From NCBI GenBank assembly GCA_963741855.1, contig CAVUJQ010000001.1, forward strand, positions 269,595-301,594: 32,000 nt of DNA. Reading direction: 5' to 3'. The stretch comes from an uncultured Actinomycetes bacterium (GTDB lineage: Bacteria; Actinomycetota; Nitriliruptoria; Nitriliruptorales; Nitriliruptoraceae). Positions 19,794-29,798 of the stretch are shown piece after piece. Made by a program: the position numbers and the translations under genes. Each line of letters opens with the position of its first letter. Within the stretch, counting starts at the first letter, position 1. The notes beneath the pieces are model-generated. The model saw nothing but the letters and a program-made list of their open reading frames with translations. It was not told where the DNA came from and made no database searches.

Positions 19794-22661
19794 TCACCGC
19801 CGGCGGCGGCGGAGGGCGCCGACGCCGGCGAGGGCGGCGAGGCCGAGCGCGGCGAGCCCGCCGCCGGTCGTGGGGAGGTCGTCGCCGCCTGCCGCCGGGG
19901 CGGCCGGCGCCACGCCGTCCGCGTGCGCGCCGAACATCGCGAGCACCTGGGTGGTCGGGCGGTTGACCCAGTGCATCGACAGCACGGCGGTCGGCAGGAA
20001 CAGGATGCGCTCGGCCTGTGCGTCGGCGGACCACTCGCTCGGGGTCTCGCTGCCCTGGCTGCTCGCGAGCGCGTCACCGGCCGCCGCGAGCGACGCCCAC
20101 AGCCGCTCGGCGCAGACCTCGAGGGTGCCGTCGACGCCGACCTCGTCCGACCCGCAGTAGACCTGCGACGTCGGGCTCTGGAGGTCCCGACCGAGCACCT
20201 GCTGGAGGTCGGTCCACACCTGGCCGTAGAACCCGCCCTGGAACGCCGAGCCACCCGAGCCGGGTGCGTTGTGGAAGCCCTGACGTGACACGTCCCCGAC
20301 CGACTGCCCCAGCGCGGGGTCGAACACGGCGTGGATCATCGGCTCCCACCACGCGTCCATGATCGCGACGGCGGCGGTGCGGTCGTAGACCCCGTCCCGG
20401 TCGCCGTCGCGACGCAGGCCGATGCCCTCCGGGTTGGCGGCCGGGTCGATCCACTCGCGCAGCAGGGCGACCATCTCCGCCTCGCGCTCGGTCGGGGCAG
20501 GCGCGGCGTCGAGGACCGCGAGCGCCTCCTCGAGGATGTGCGTCGCGCGGAAGTCCGACAGGCCAGCCCGCTCCATCATCTGGGTGAGCTCGACCGGGTC
20601 GATCTTCTCGCCCCGGTCGCCGGCCGCGAGGATCTGGTCCTCGAGCATGTCGGCGCGGTACAGCGCCGACCAGCCCCAGTTCGAGTCGTTCGCCGCCCAG
20701 CCCGTGGCCTGCCGGTTGTTCCAGCTCACCTCGTAGCCGCGCGGGCTGTCGATCTCGTAGGGGACCTCCTCGACCCCGAGGTAGACGTCCTCGCCGTCCG
20801 CGTCGGTCTCCCACTCCCACTCGCCGGTGCCCCACACCGGGAAGTCGGGGTCGACCGAGGTCGGACGCTTCGGGTAGAGGCCCCCGTGCACGAACGCGGT
20901 CTCGTGGTCGTTGATGTAGCCCCAGTTGGTGGACAGGTTGTGCGACTCGCGGAAGTACTCGACGAACTGCCGTGCGGTCTTCGCCTCGCCGCGGTTCATG
21001 TGGAGGATGGAGACCCCGGGGTCGAGCTCCTTCATGTAGGTCGAGCGCTTGCGTGACACGGCGACGGGCGTGTCGCCGATGCGCCCGCGACCGGTGACGG
21101 GACCGTGGACGGTCCGCTCGACGATGATGTCGGGGAGGATCGGCTGCCCCGCGACGGGCTCCGGCGCCTCGCGCAGCACGCGGCGGTCCATCGGGATGCA
21201 CTCGCCGTCGTGGAGGTAGTGGGTCTCCTGCTCGTCCGGCTCGCGGCCGTCCGGGTCGCACAGGACCTCGACGTAGGTGTCGATCATGTCGCCGCCACCG
21301 GCGGTGGCGGTCCACGCCTGGCCCTCCGAGCGGCCGATGACGACGAGCCCCATCCCGGGGAAGCCCGCCCCACGTGCGTGGACCGTCGGCGAGTGCAGCT
21401 CGTTCTCGACCAGGATCTGGGGGTCGAAGTAGCCGGCCTGGGGCCCGCCGATGAGGATCGGGTGCCCGGTGGCGGAGCGCTCGGCACCGACGATCATGTA
21501 GTTGGACAGGTGCGCGTCGTCGGCGTGGCTCAGGTCGACGACACCGGCCGCGGTGTCGAGCCGGAGGTTCTCCCACTTGATGCGCGAGGCCTCGTGCAGC
21601 TGGTTCAGCTGTTCGACGGCCTGCTCCGTGCCACCAGGGAACAGCTGCGTGATGCCCTCGAGCGTCCCCTGGACCCCGGTGTCGCCGGAGCCGAAGCCGA
21701 ACACGTTGCCCGCCGGACCCGGTGCCTCCTCCACGACCGGCATGTAGGGGAAGGCGTCGAGCGTGTGGAGGGGGCCGTCGTCGTTGGCGCGGTTGCGGAA
21801 GTCCTCGTAGATGGTGCGGGCCTGATCGGGCCCGTAGGCGTCGATCAGCTCGGCGAGGCGGGCGGCGTTGCCGAGCTCGCCACCACCGCCGGCGCCGAAC
21901 AGCGCCCGGACGATCGACACGACCGCGACGACGTCGGTCGGCCGCCACGGGGCGACGGCGTTGCCCGGCAGGATGTCGGACAGCCCGGCCGGCTGGGGCA
22001 CGCGCCCCTGCTGCATCTGGGCGATGAAGTAGTTGATGCCCTCGACCTCGGCCTCGAGGAAGTCGACGAGGTCCTGCCCGTCCTGGCCGTAGACCTCGGG
22101 CATCCGGTCGATCATCGCCTGGAACTCCTCCTCGGTGTAGCCGTAGAGGCGGACGATCTCGGCGTCGGCGAGCCAGCTGGCGTTGTCCCCGAGCAGCTCG
22201 AAGGCCTCGGCCCGGCCGAGCGCGCGGAGGAGCTCCATGATCGGCAGGCGGTCCTCGGCGCCGGCGTACCCGGCCCCGAAGGCCATCGCGAGGTCGGTCT
22301 CGCCGTAGATGTGGGGAACCCCCCACTCGGCGTCGCGCACGATCGTGACGTCGGCGCGGGGCTGGTAGGTCCGGGCGGGGTCGGTGACCTCGCCGAACCG
22401 GCCGTCCTTGAAGTAGCGGGTCGTGAGCTCGTCGGCGGTGAGGTCCGGGTAGCCGTAGACGAGGTCGTCGTAGGCCCGGAGCTCCTTCTCCTTCTCGGTG
22501 AGCTCGGCGCCGGGGGGCGTGATCGTCCCGTGGAGCAACGCGTCGTCGATGCTCGCCTGGTAGGCGGGGTCGAGGTGGCGCGGCTGCTCCTGCCCGATGG
22601 CGGGCACGGCGAGCGCGAGGAGGGTGGAGGCAGCCAGGACGGCCGCGAGGGGACGACGCAC
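19794..22661 (-). CDS. Penicillin/AHL acylase family (peptidase S45, Ntn hydrolase) secreted protein with a C-terminal LPTTGGG sorting signal
   Basis: The probable GTG start at 22661 gives the signal peptide VRRPLAAVLAASTLLALAVPAIG. Motifs: WGVPHIYGETDLAMAFGAGYAGAEDRL, and the processing-site-like SNYMIVGAERSATGHPILIGGPQ (Ser nucleophile). The C-terminus is LPTTGGGLAALGLAALAGVGALRRRRR. The start codon has no obvious Shine-Dalgarno. Confidence 0.85.
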   Translation of the reverse strand: MRRPLAAVLAASTLLALAVPAIGQEQPRHLDPAYQASIDDALLHGTITPPGAELTEKEKELRAYDDLVYGYPDLTADELTTRYFKDGRFGEVTDPARTYQPRADVTIVRDAEWGVPHIYGETDLAMAFGAGYAGAEDRLPIMELLRALGRAEAFELLGDNASWLADAEIVRLYGYTEEEFQAMIDRMPEVYGQDGQDLVDFLEAEVEGINYFIAQMQQGRVPQPAGLSDILPGNAVAPWRPTDVVAVVSIVRALFGAGGGGELGNAARLAELIDAYGPDQARTIYEDFRNRANDDGPLHTLDAFPYMPVVEEAPGPAGNVFGFGSGDTGVQGTLEGITQLFPGGTEQAVEQLNQLHEASRIKWENLRLDTAAGVVDLSHADDAHLSNYMIVGAERSATGHPILIGGPQAGYFDPQILVENELHSPTVHARGAGFPGMGLVVIGRSEGQAWTATAGGGDMIDTYVEVLCDPDGREPDEQETHYLHDGECIPMDRRVLREAPEPVAGQPILPDIIVERTVHGPVTGRGRIGDTPVAVSRKRSTYMKELDPGVSILHMNRGEAKTARQFVEYFRESHNLSTNWGYINDHETAFVHGGLYPKRPTSVDPDFPVWGTGEWEWETDADGEDVYLGVEEVPYEIDSPRGYEVSWNNRQATGWAANDSNWGWSALYRADMLEDQILAAGDRGEKIDPVELTQMMERAGLSDFRATHILEEALAVLDAAPAPTEREAEMVALLREWIDPAANPEGIGLRRDGDRDGVYDRTAAVAIMDAWWEPMIHAVFDPALGQSVGDVSRQGFHNAPGSGGSAFQGGFYGQVWTDLQQVLGRDLQSPTSQVYCGSDEVGVDGTLEVCAERLWASLAAAGDALASSQGSETPSEWSADAQAERILFLPTAVLSMHWVNRPTTQVLAMFGAHADGVAPAAPAAGGDDLPTTGGGLAALGLAALAGVGALRRRRR
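19797..19877 (-). other. LPXTG-type sortase sorting signal (LPTTGGG, 15 hydrophobic residues, RRRRR, stop)
   Basis: Direct translation of the last 27 codons of the acylase gene. Confidence 0.75.
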
Positions 22662-22756
22662 GGGGGAGGACCGATCGCGAGGTGGGGAGTCGTCGGAGGT
22701 GTTCGACGCGTCCCGGCCGCCTCCCTGCGCTCCACCCCACGCTCCCGGGGGGAACC

Positions 22757-23761
22757 TCAGCAGAGCTCGTGGTCGCCCTCGTCGGGGACGGAGCCGTCGG
22801 TGGCGAGGAACCGCCACGCGTAGCCGCAGGCGCGGAGCTCCAGACGGAGGACGCCGTGGTGGCTCCGGTCCCGCAGCTCGCTCGTGCTCGGCTGCGGCGC
22901 GGTGAAGTCGCGCAGCACCGCGCCGCCGGTGCCGACCACGAACTCGCGGATGCCGTCCTCGTCGGGCTCGCCCGCGGGGTCGAGCGGGGTGAAGCGTTCG
23001 TAGTCGTGCTCGTGACCGCTCAGGACGAGCTCCGCGCCGGCGTCGTGCAGCACCTCCCAGAACGCTGCCGTGCGCGGGTCGTCGCCGTAGTGGCCGCTCG
23101 AGAAGCGCGGGTGGTGCCAGATCGCCAGGACGTGACGGTCGCCCGCGCCGGCGAGGACGTCGCGTAGCCACGCGACCTGCGCGCCGTCGTCGGTGCACGG
23201 GGCGGCCTGGGTGCAGTTGGAGTTGAGCGCCACCCCCAGCCAGTGGTCGCCGAGCTCGAACGCGTGGTAGCCGGCCGGCGCCTCACCCGCCCGGTCGCCG
23301 AACACGCCGAAGTAGCCGGCGAGGCCCGGCGTCACCGCGTCGTGGTTGCCGGGGGCGGGGAAGGTCCGGTCGACCGCGTGGCCCCACGCCGGGAGGTAGC
23401 AGCGCTCGTACTGCTCGGGCGTGCCCGCGTCGTAGGCGAGGTCGCCCAGCGCCAGGACGGCCGCGTCCGGCTCGGCCGCCAGGAGCGCCCCGGTGTCGTC
23501 CTCGTCGGGGCCGCACCAGGCGATGTCGCCGGCGGCGAGCACGACGGTGGGCGGCTCCGGGGACGGCGCGGGCGCAGGGGCCGGCGACGGTGCGACGGGC
23601 GGCGTGGGCGCGGTCGTCGTGGCCCCGCCGGCGGTCGTCGCCGCCGGCGAGGAGGTGCTGGCGGCATCGGGCCGGGGGGCGTCACCGTTCGGGGCACCGC
23701 AGGCCGCGACCACGAGCGCGCCCGCGGCGAACCAGAGCGTCGGACAGCGGAGGGCACGCAC
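22757..23761 (-). CDS. Lipoprotein metallophosphoesterase (calcineurin-like)
   Basis: Intact 334 aa. It has a signal plus lipobox (ALVVAAC), a Pro/Thr/Ala-rich linker, and the motifs GDIAW, GDLAYD, GNHD, WHHP and GHEHDYER. Confidence 0.8.
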   Translation of the reverse strand: MRALRCPTLWFAAGALVVAACGAPNGDAPRPDAASTSSPAATTAGGATTTAPTPPVAPSPAPAPAPSPEPPTVVLAAGDIAWCGPDEDDTGALLAAEPDAAVLALGDLAYDAGTPEQYERCYLPAWGHAVDRTFPAPGNHDAVTPGLAGYFGVFGDRAGEAPAGYHAFELGDHWLGVALNSNCTQAAPCTDDGAQVAWLRDVLAGAGDRHVLAIWHHPRFSSGHYGDDPRTAAFWEVLHDAGAELVLSGHEHDYERFTPLDPAGEPDEDGIREFVVGTGGAVLRDFTAPQPSTSELRDRSHHGVLRLELRACGYAWRFLATDGSVPDEGDHELC

Positions 23762-23803
23762 GGGACGACCTCGGCGGGAGGAGAGGGGGGACGGTACCCC
23801 CGG

Positions 23804-25220
23804 TCAGCGGCGGCGCCGCCGGCGAGCGAGCCCGGCCGCGAGCGCCAGGACGCCGGCGCCGGCGAGGCCGCCACCCGTGGCCGGGAGGCCGCTGGACTCG
23901 GCGGGCGTCGACCGTGGGGTGGCCGGGGCACCTGCTCCCTCGGTCGGCTCCGTCGGTGGCGTCGAACCGGCGGCCAGCAGACGCTCCGCGAAGGCGCCGG
24001 CGCGGACCCGCTGCGGGTGGTCACCGACGGGGACGCGCGCGAGCTCCCGCTGGGTCGCGTAGTCGATGATGGCGACGGCGTCGTCGCCGCTGTAGCTCAC
24101 CCAGCAGTGCTCCCCGGTGGGCCCGGTCGTCGCCCAGTAGGGCTTGCTCCCGCGCGAGACGAGGTTCGCCTCGAACGTGCCGATGGGGACGATCGCCGCG
24201 TAGTCGTCCATGGTCCCGGCGACGCACAGGGTCGTGCCGGACGGGTCCATGGCGAGCCCGTGGTGGGCCGAGTCGAGCAGGTACTGCTCGCGCTGGAGCC
24301 CCTCGGAGGCCTCGGTGCGGGGGAGGTCGATGACGTCGGTGACGTCGCCGGCGTCGAGGTCGAACTCGACGAGCCCGTGGTGGAACGAGACCTGGAAGTA
24401 GGCGGTGTGCTCGATCGGGGGTGATCGCCATGGGGCGGACGGCGGCGCTCATGTCGTCGCGGCCGTAGTCGGCGAGCTCGTCGCCGATGTCCCACCGCTG
24501 CAGGATCTCGAGGGTCTCGGCGTCGACGACCTGGAAGACGCGCTCGCCTTTGCTCGTGTCGCGCACGATCCCGAGCTCGCTGCGGTCGGTCGGCGTGTAG
24601 ACCCGTCCGATGCTGGCGTGGTAGATCCGGGTCGCATCGGGGGAGTAGGTGTTCTCGTGCGGCGAGTCGCCCGACGCGAAGCGGCCGGACTCCTCACCCG
24701 TGGCCACGTCGATGCGGTGGACGACGTTCGCCGTGGAGTCCGACACCAGCACCTGCGTGCCGTCCGGGGAGACGGCCATGTGGTCCGAGCGGTAGCCGTC
24801 CATCGGGAAGCGCCAGCGGATCTCGCCCGTCTCGAGGCCGATGGCGACGACGTCCGCGAAGCTCGGCCGCGAGACGTAGACCTCGGTCCCTTCCGGGTCG
24901 GTGAACATGTCGTCGACGAACTGGTCGTGCCCCTCGCCGACGGCTTCGCGGATGGCGAGGAAGTAGGCGAGCCGGTCGGGGCTCGTCTGGATCTCGGCCA
25001 TCCGCTCCTCGCGGTCCGGGATGATGTCGATCTCGGTCAGGACCTCGAACGTGCGGCTGTCGACGACGGTCGCGGTGCCCTCCCAGTTGTTGCCGACGAA
25101 CATCACCGAGCGGGTGTCGGGGCGCTCCGGTGGTGCCTCGCTGGCGGACACGGCCGGGGCCGACACGCCGGCGAGGAGCGCCGCGGCGGCCAGCAGGGTG
25201 ACGAGCCGACGTGGGGACAC
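23804..25220 (-). CDS. Secreted beta-propeller protein (YncE/YVTN-like repeats) with a C-terminal LPATGGG sorting signal, with one frame break near 24410-24420 as given
   Basis: A GTG at 25220 gives the signal peptide VSPRRLVTLLAAAALLAGVSAPAVSA. Propeller-like repeats (HMAVSPDGTQVLVSDSTANVVHRIDVATGE, HGLAMDPSGTTLCVAG, VSYSGDDAVAIIDYATQRE). The frame changes at MAITP / IEHTAYFQVSFHHG in a C5 run. The C-terminus is LPATGGGLAGAGVLALAAGLARRRRRR. The family call is tentative. Confidence 0.6.
23807..23887 (-). other. LPXTG-type sortase sorting signal (LPATGGG, 14 hydrophobic residues, RRRRRR, stop)
   Basis: Direct translation of the last 27 codons. Confidence 0.75.
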
Positions 25221-25276
25221 GGGGACCTCCGGGGACCGCGGGGATGACGGTCGACGGTAGGCCGTCGGGGCCGCGG

Positions 25277-25305
25277 GTCCACCCGGTCGTCCTGACCGGG
25301 TGGAC
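25277..25305 (-). terminator. Perfect 12-bp stem / 5-nt loop hairpin immediately downstream of narK (candidate intrinsic terminator, no U-tract)
   Basis: GTCCACCCGGTC (25277-25288) and GACCGGGTGGAC (25294-25305) are exact reverse complements. The narK stop codon is at 25313-25315. Confidence 0.45.
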
Positions 25306-25312
25306 AGCGACG

Positions 25313-26795
25313 TCACACGCCGGCGGGCTCGAGCACCGCCTCTGCCGCCGCCGGGACCGCGATCGGGCGGTGGGCGGCGACCGGCTCGGCCATCGTGAGC
25401 GAGACCGCGACGGCGACGAGCGCCGCGCCGGCGATCGAGAGGAAGAACACGGTCGGGCCGGCGAACAGCAGCAGCGTCAGGAAGCACAGCGCCCCGACGT
25501 TCCCGTAGGCGCCGACCATCCCGGCGATCTGGCCCGACACGCGCCGCTTCACCAGGGGGACGATCGCGTACGTGGCGCCCTCGCCCGCCTGCACGAAGAA
25601 GGAGCAGCACATGGCCGCGAGCATCGCCAGCGCGACCGGCCACGACGACCCCACCGACGCGAGCAGGCCGTAGCCGACCGTGAGCCCGAGCAGCAGCACG
25701 CTCAGGGTGCGAGTGCGGCTTCCGAGCAGGTCCGAGGCCAGCCCGCCGGCGGGCCGCGCGACGAGGTTCACGAAGGCGAAGGCCGAGGCGACGGCGCCGG
25801 CCACGACCGGCGACAGCCCGAACGTGTCGGCGAAGAAGGTCGGCAGCATCGACACGACGGCGAGCTCGGAGCCGAAGGTGACGAAGTAGGCCAGGCACAG
25901 GACGGCGACCGAGCGCAGCGGGTAGCGGTCGTCCTCCGCGTAGGCACCGGCCAGGCGCGGGGCGGTTCACGGTGACGATCCTGCGGCTCTGGACGACGAG
26001 CAGCGCCAGCAGCACGCCACACGTGACGACCAGCCCCGCGGGGGACAGGAACCCCACGCGGGTCAGGCGCCACGCGACCAGACCGAGGACGGCCAGGAGC
26101 GGCACGTTCAGCGCGAGCAGGCCGAACACCGCGCCCCGCGAGGTCACCTCGAGCGCCCCGTGGCGGGCGGGGCGCTCGTAGGCGTGCCCGTCGGGGGTGT
26201 CGGTGACCGAGCGCAGGTAGACGACGCCGTAGGCGGCAGCGAGGAGTCCGGTCGCACCGATCGCGTAGCGCCACCCGCCGGCGAGCCCGGCGAGGGCGGG
26301 CAGCGTGAGCGCCGCGGCCGCGGAGCCGAAGTTGCCCCACCCGCCGTAGACGCCCTCCGCCGTCCCGATCTCGTCGGCCGGGAACCACTCCGAGACCATC
26401 CGGATCCCCACGACGAACCCGGCCCCGACGATCGACAACGCGAGCCGGCTCGCGACGAGGACCTCGAAGGTCGTGGCGCTGGCGAAGACGAGCGTCGGGA
26501 CCGCGGCGTAGATCAGGATCGTCGCGAACACCCGGCGCGGTCCCCAGCGGTCGAGCGCCATCCCCACCAGGACCCGGGCGGGGACGGTCAGGGCGACGTT
26601 GCACAGGGCGATCACCGTGAGCTGTTCACCCGTCAGCCCCAGCTCCGCACCGATGGTGCTCCCCAGCGGGGCGAAGTTGAACCACACGACGAAGGTGAGG
26701 AAGAACGCGAACCAGGTCAGGTGGAGCACGCGGTGGCGTCCGGTGAAGGACGCCAGGGACCGGACCTTCCCGGTCGCGGAACGGAGCGTGGACAT
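25313..26795 (-). CDS. narK: MFS nitrate/nitrite transporter (NNP family, NarK), with one frame break near 25955-25965 as given
   Basis: ATG at 26795. NNP signatures YGGWGNFGSAAA and VGAYGNVGAL, with about 12 hydrophobic helices. The frame switches between ...SRRIVTVNRPA and RLAGAYAEDDRYPLRSVAVLCLAYFVTFGSELAVVSMLPTFF (ORF 25313-25855). Confidence 0.85.
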
Positions 26796-26812
26796 CGGGG
26801 TTCTCCTCGAGG

Positions 26813-27193
26813 TCAAGCCGGCCGGGCGGCCGGGATCGGGGTGGAGCCGCAGACGGTGAGACGGACCTGTACGCGGCCGTTCCGGACGCGGACGTCGTGG
26901 ACGGTGACGGCGACGGCGTCGTCGTCGAGACAGCGGCCGGTCGCGAGGACGAACCGCTGCTTGCGGAGGGGCGAGGCCACGGTGGCCCACCCGTCCCGCT
27001 CGCCGACGAGCCCCCGTGCGAGCACGTTGGCGCCGGTGAAGGGGTCGCGGCCGTCGATGGCGTGCAGCTCGCCGTCGTCGGCGCGGAGGACGGCGAGCTG
27101 CCGGCCGTCGACCAGCGCGGTCACGCCGGTCCCGGGTGCGATGCGGTCCGCCGGGCAGACCTCGGTCCAGGTCTCGAGCTGGGGAGTCGTCAT
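26813..27193 (-). CDS. nirD: Assimilatory nitrite reductase [NAD(P)H] small subunit NirD (Rieske-fold)
   Basis: The ATG at 27193 overlaps the nirB stop (ATGA). MTTPQLETWTEVCPADRIAPGTGVTALVDGRQLAVLR...SPLRKQRFVLATGRCLDD is typical of NirD. The reading is 126 aa. Confidence 0.85.
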   Translation of the reverse strand: MTTPQLETWTEVCPADRIAPGTGVTALVDGRQLAVLRADDGELHAIDGRDPFTGANVLARGLVGERDGWATVASPLRKQRFVLATGRCLDDDAVAVTVHDVRVRNGRVQVRLTVCGSTPIPAARPA

Positions 27194-29699
27194 CCGCGCA
27201 CCTCCACGAGCGGAAGCGGCCGTCGCTGTCCCCGTTCCCGCACGTAGGCGAGGTCGGGGTCGGGGACGTCGGCGTTGACGAAGTGCTGGAACTCGGCGAG
27301 CCGTGCGGGGTCGGCGAGCGCGGCGGCCCACTCGTCGACGTAGGTGTCGACGTGGGCGGCCATCGCGGCGTCGAGCTCCTCGGCCAACCCGAGCGAGTCG
27401 CCGACGACGACGTCGCGCAGGTGGTCGATGCCGCCGGGCAGCGCCTCGAGCCAGGGGGCGGTGCGCTGCAGCTTGTCCGCGGTCCGGACGTAGAACATCA
27501 GGAAGCGGTCGATCAGCTGGACGAGCCGCTCGGTGGTGAGGTCGCTCGCGAGCAGCGTCGCGTGTCGCGGACGCATGCCGCCGTTGCCGCAGACGTAGAG
27601 GTTCCAGCCCTTCTCGGTCGCGATGACGCCGACGTCCTTGCTCTGGGCCTCCGCGCACTCGCGGGAGCACCCCGAGACCGCGAACTTGAGCTTGTGGGGC
27701 GAGCGCAGCCCGCGGTAGCGCTCCTCGAGGGCGATGGCGAGGCCGGTGGAGTCCTGCACCCCGTAGCGGCACCAGGTCCGGCCGACGCACGACTTCACGG
27801 TGCGGACCGACTTCCCGTAGGCCTGGCCCGACTCGAACCCGGCGGCGACGAGCCGGTGCCAGATCTCGGGGAGCTGGTCCAGCCGGGCCCCGAGCAGGTC
27901 GATGCGCTGGCCCCCGGTGATCTTGGTGTAGAGGTCGAAGTCGCGGGCGACCTCGGCGATGACCAACAGCCGCTCGGGGGTGATCTCGCCGCCGGGCACC
28001 CGCGGCACGACCGAGTAGGTCCCGTCCCGCTGGATGTTGGCGAGGAACCGGTCGTTGCTGTCCTGGAGCGGTCGGTGCGGCTCGTCGAGGACGTGCTCGT
28101 TCCACTGGGTGGCGAGGATGGACGCGACGGTCGGCTTGCAGACGTCGCAGCCGGTCCCGGTGCCGTGGGAGGCGAGGAGCTCGGCGAAGGTGCGGATGCC
28201 GGCGACCCGCACGATCTCGAACAGCTCCTGCCGGGTCTGGGAGAAGTGCGGGCACAGGGCCCGCGACACCTCCACGCCCGCAGCCTCGAGCTCGCCGTCG
28301 AGCACCGTGCCGCAGGTGGCGACGCAGCTCCCGCAGCCGGTGCCGGCGCGGGTCGCGCTGCAGAGGGCGTCGATCGTCGTGACGCCCGCGTCCCGGACCG
28401 CCGAGCGGAGCTCGCCGAAGGTGACGTTCGCGCAGGTGCACACGAGGTCGTGTTCCGTGTCCGCCGACGCCGAGCCGACGTCGGGGGCGAGCAGGACCCG
28501 GGGGGCGCCGGCAGGGCGTCCCCGCGCCGGACCAGGGACAGGAGGCGCCCGTAGGCGCCGGCGTCGCCGACGAGCACGGCCCCGAGGGCACGGGTGCCGT
28601 CGCCCGACAGCACGAGCTTCTGGTAGGTGGCCGAGGTGGGGTCGTCGACGACCACCTCGATCGCGCCCTCCGTGGCGGCGTGGGCGTCACCGATCGAGGC
28701 GACGTCGACGCCGAGGAGCTTGAGCTTCGTGGACAGGTCGCCGCCCTCGAACCGGCGCGTCCCCCCGGCGAGGCGGTCGGCGACGACCTCGGCCATCTCG
28801 TAGCCGGGTGCCACGAGCCCCCAGGTGCGACCGTGGGCCAGGGCGCACTCGCCGATCGCCCACACGTGCGGTGCGGTGGTGCGGCAGGCGTCGTCGACGA
28901 CGATGCCGCCGCGCTCGCCGACCGCGATGCCGGCGTGCCGGGCGAGGTCGTCCCGGGGTCGGATGCCGGCCGAGAAGACGACGAGGTCGGTCCTGAGGGA
29001 CGGGGCGCCGTCGAAGGTCAGCCCCCGGACGTGCCCGGCTGCGTCCCCGTCGATGCTGGCCGTGCGGTGGTCGACGCGGACGTCGATCCCGAGCCGCTCG
29101 ACGTGGACGCGCAGGGCGGCCGCGCCACCCTCGTCGAGCTGCACCGGCATGAGCCGGGGTGCGAACTCGACCACGGTGACCTCGAGCCCGAGGAGCCGGA
29201 GCGCGTTGGCGGCCTCGAGCCCCAGCAGGCCGCCGCCGATCACGGTCCCGTGGCGCGCCGTCGCGGCGGCCTCGCGGATGGCGTCGAGGTCGTCGAGGGT
29301 GCGGTAGACGAAGCAGCCGGGGCGGTCGTTGCCCGGGATGGGGGGCACGAAGGGCGCCGACCCGGTGGCGAGGACGAGCTCGTCGTAGGTCATCGCGCTG
29401 CCGTCGGACAGGGTGACGGAGCGCGCGCCGGTGTCGACGGCGACCACCCCGGTCCCAGCCGCGACACGACGTGCGGGGCGACGTCGGCCTCGACCAGGGA
29501 GAGGTCGTCGGGGCTCGCGCCCTCGACGTAGCTCGACAGGTGCACCCGGTCGTAGGGCGCGTGGCGCTCCTCGCCGACGAGCACGAGCTCGGTGGTCGTG
29601 CCCGCGCCGGCGACACCACGCCGGACCAGCTCGGTGACGATGCGGTTGCCCACCATCCCGGCGCCTGCGACGACGATGCGGCGGTCCATCGGTTGCCTC
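27190..29699 (-). CDS. nirB: Assimilatory nitrite reductase [NAD(P)H] large subunit NirB, with two frame breaks (~29455 and ~28500-28505) as given
   Basis: The ATG at 29699 follows GAGGAGG. The FAD/NAD fold is present (RIVVAGAGMVGNR, VIGGGLLGLEAA), with a BFD-like 2Fe-2S region (CTCANVT...GTGCGSC) and siroheme/4Fe-4S motifs (CVGRTWCRYG, SGCSRECAEAQ). One break lies in a G6 run at 28500-28505. The other is at a GG/GGG run near 29455. Confidence 0.9.
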
Positions 29700-29770
29700 C
29701 TCGGCCGCCCCGGCACGGTGCGCGGGGCGAGGAGGACGGTGCCGGGTCCGTGTGAACCCCCGATGTCGTC

Positions 29771-29798
29771 CGCGTCGCGTCGGCGCCGGCGCGACGCG
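29771..29798. promoter_or_regulatory. Near-perfect 28-nt inverted repeat in the divergent nirB / FeS-gene intergenic region (candidate operator)
   Basis: CGCGTCGCG-T-CGGCGCCG-G-CGCGACGCG. The 9-nt arms are exact complements, the central 8-mer is self-complementary, and there is one T/G mismatch. It lies 72 nt upstream of nirB and 65 nt upstream of the 29863 ATG. Confidence 0.35.

Noticed and set aside
22662-23198. The N-terminal 179 codons of ORF 19794-23198, which would extend the acylase upstream.
   Set aside because: The extension is Arg/Pro-rich nonsense and overlaps the well-supported metallophosphoesterase gene. A GTG at 22661 is followed directly by a classical signal peptide.
24021-26990. 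A 989-aa ORF that reads as a single large protein.
   Set aside because: It is a composite. It joins the narK N-terminal half in frame, an out-of-frame read-through of the narK C-terminal half, and the N-terminal two-thirds of the propeller gene. The propeller has its own GTG start and signal peptide at 25220, and narK has its own stop at 25313.
26813-28690. A 625-aa ORF spanning nirD and part of nirB. The 926-aa ORF at 11918-14698 spanning the kinase and regulator is a similar case.
   Set aside because: Only the parts carrying real motifs are coding: nirD for the first ORF, and the kinase body plus the regulator for the second. The remainder is out-of-frame read-through of neighbouring genes that happens to lack stops.
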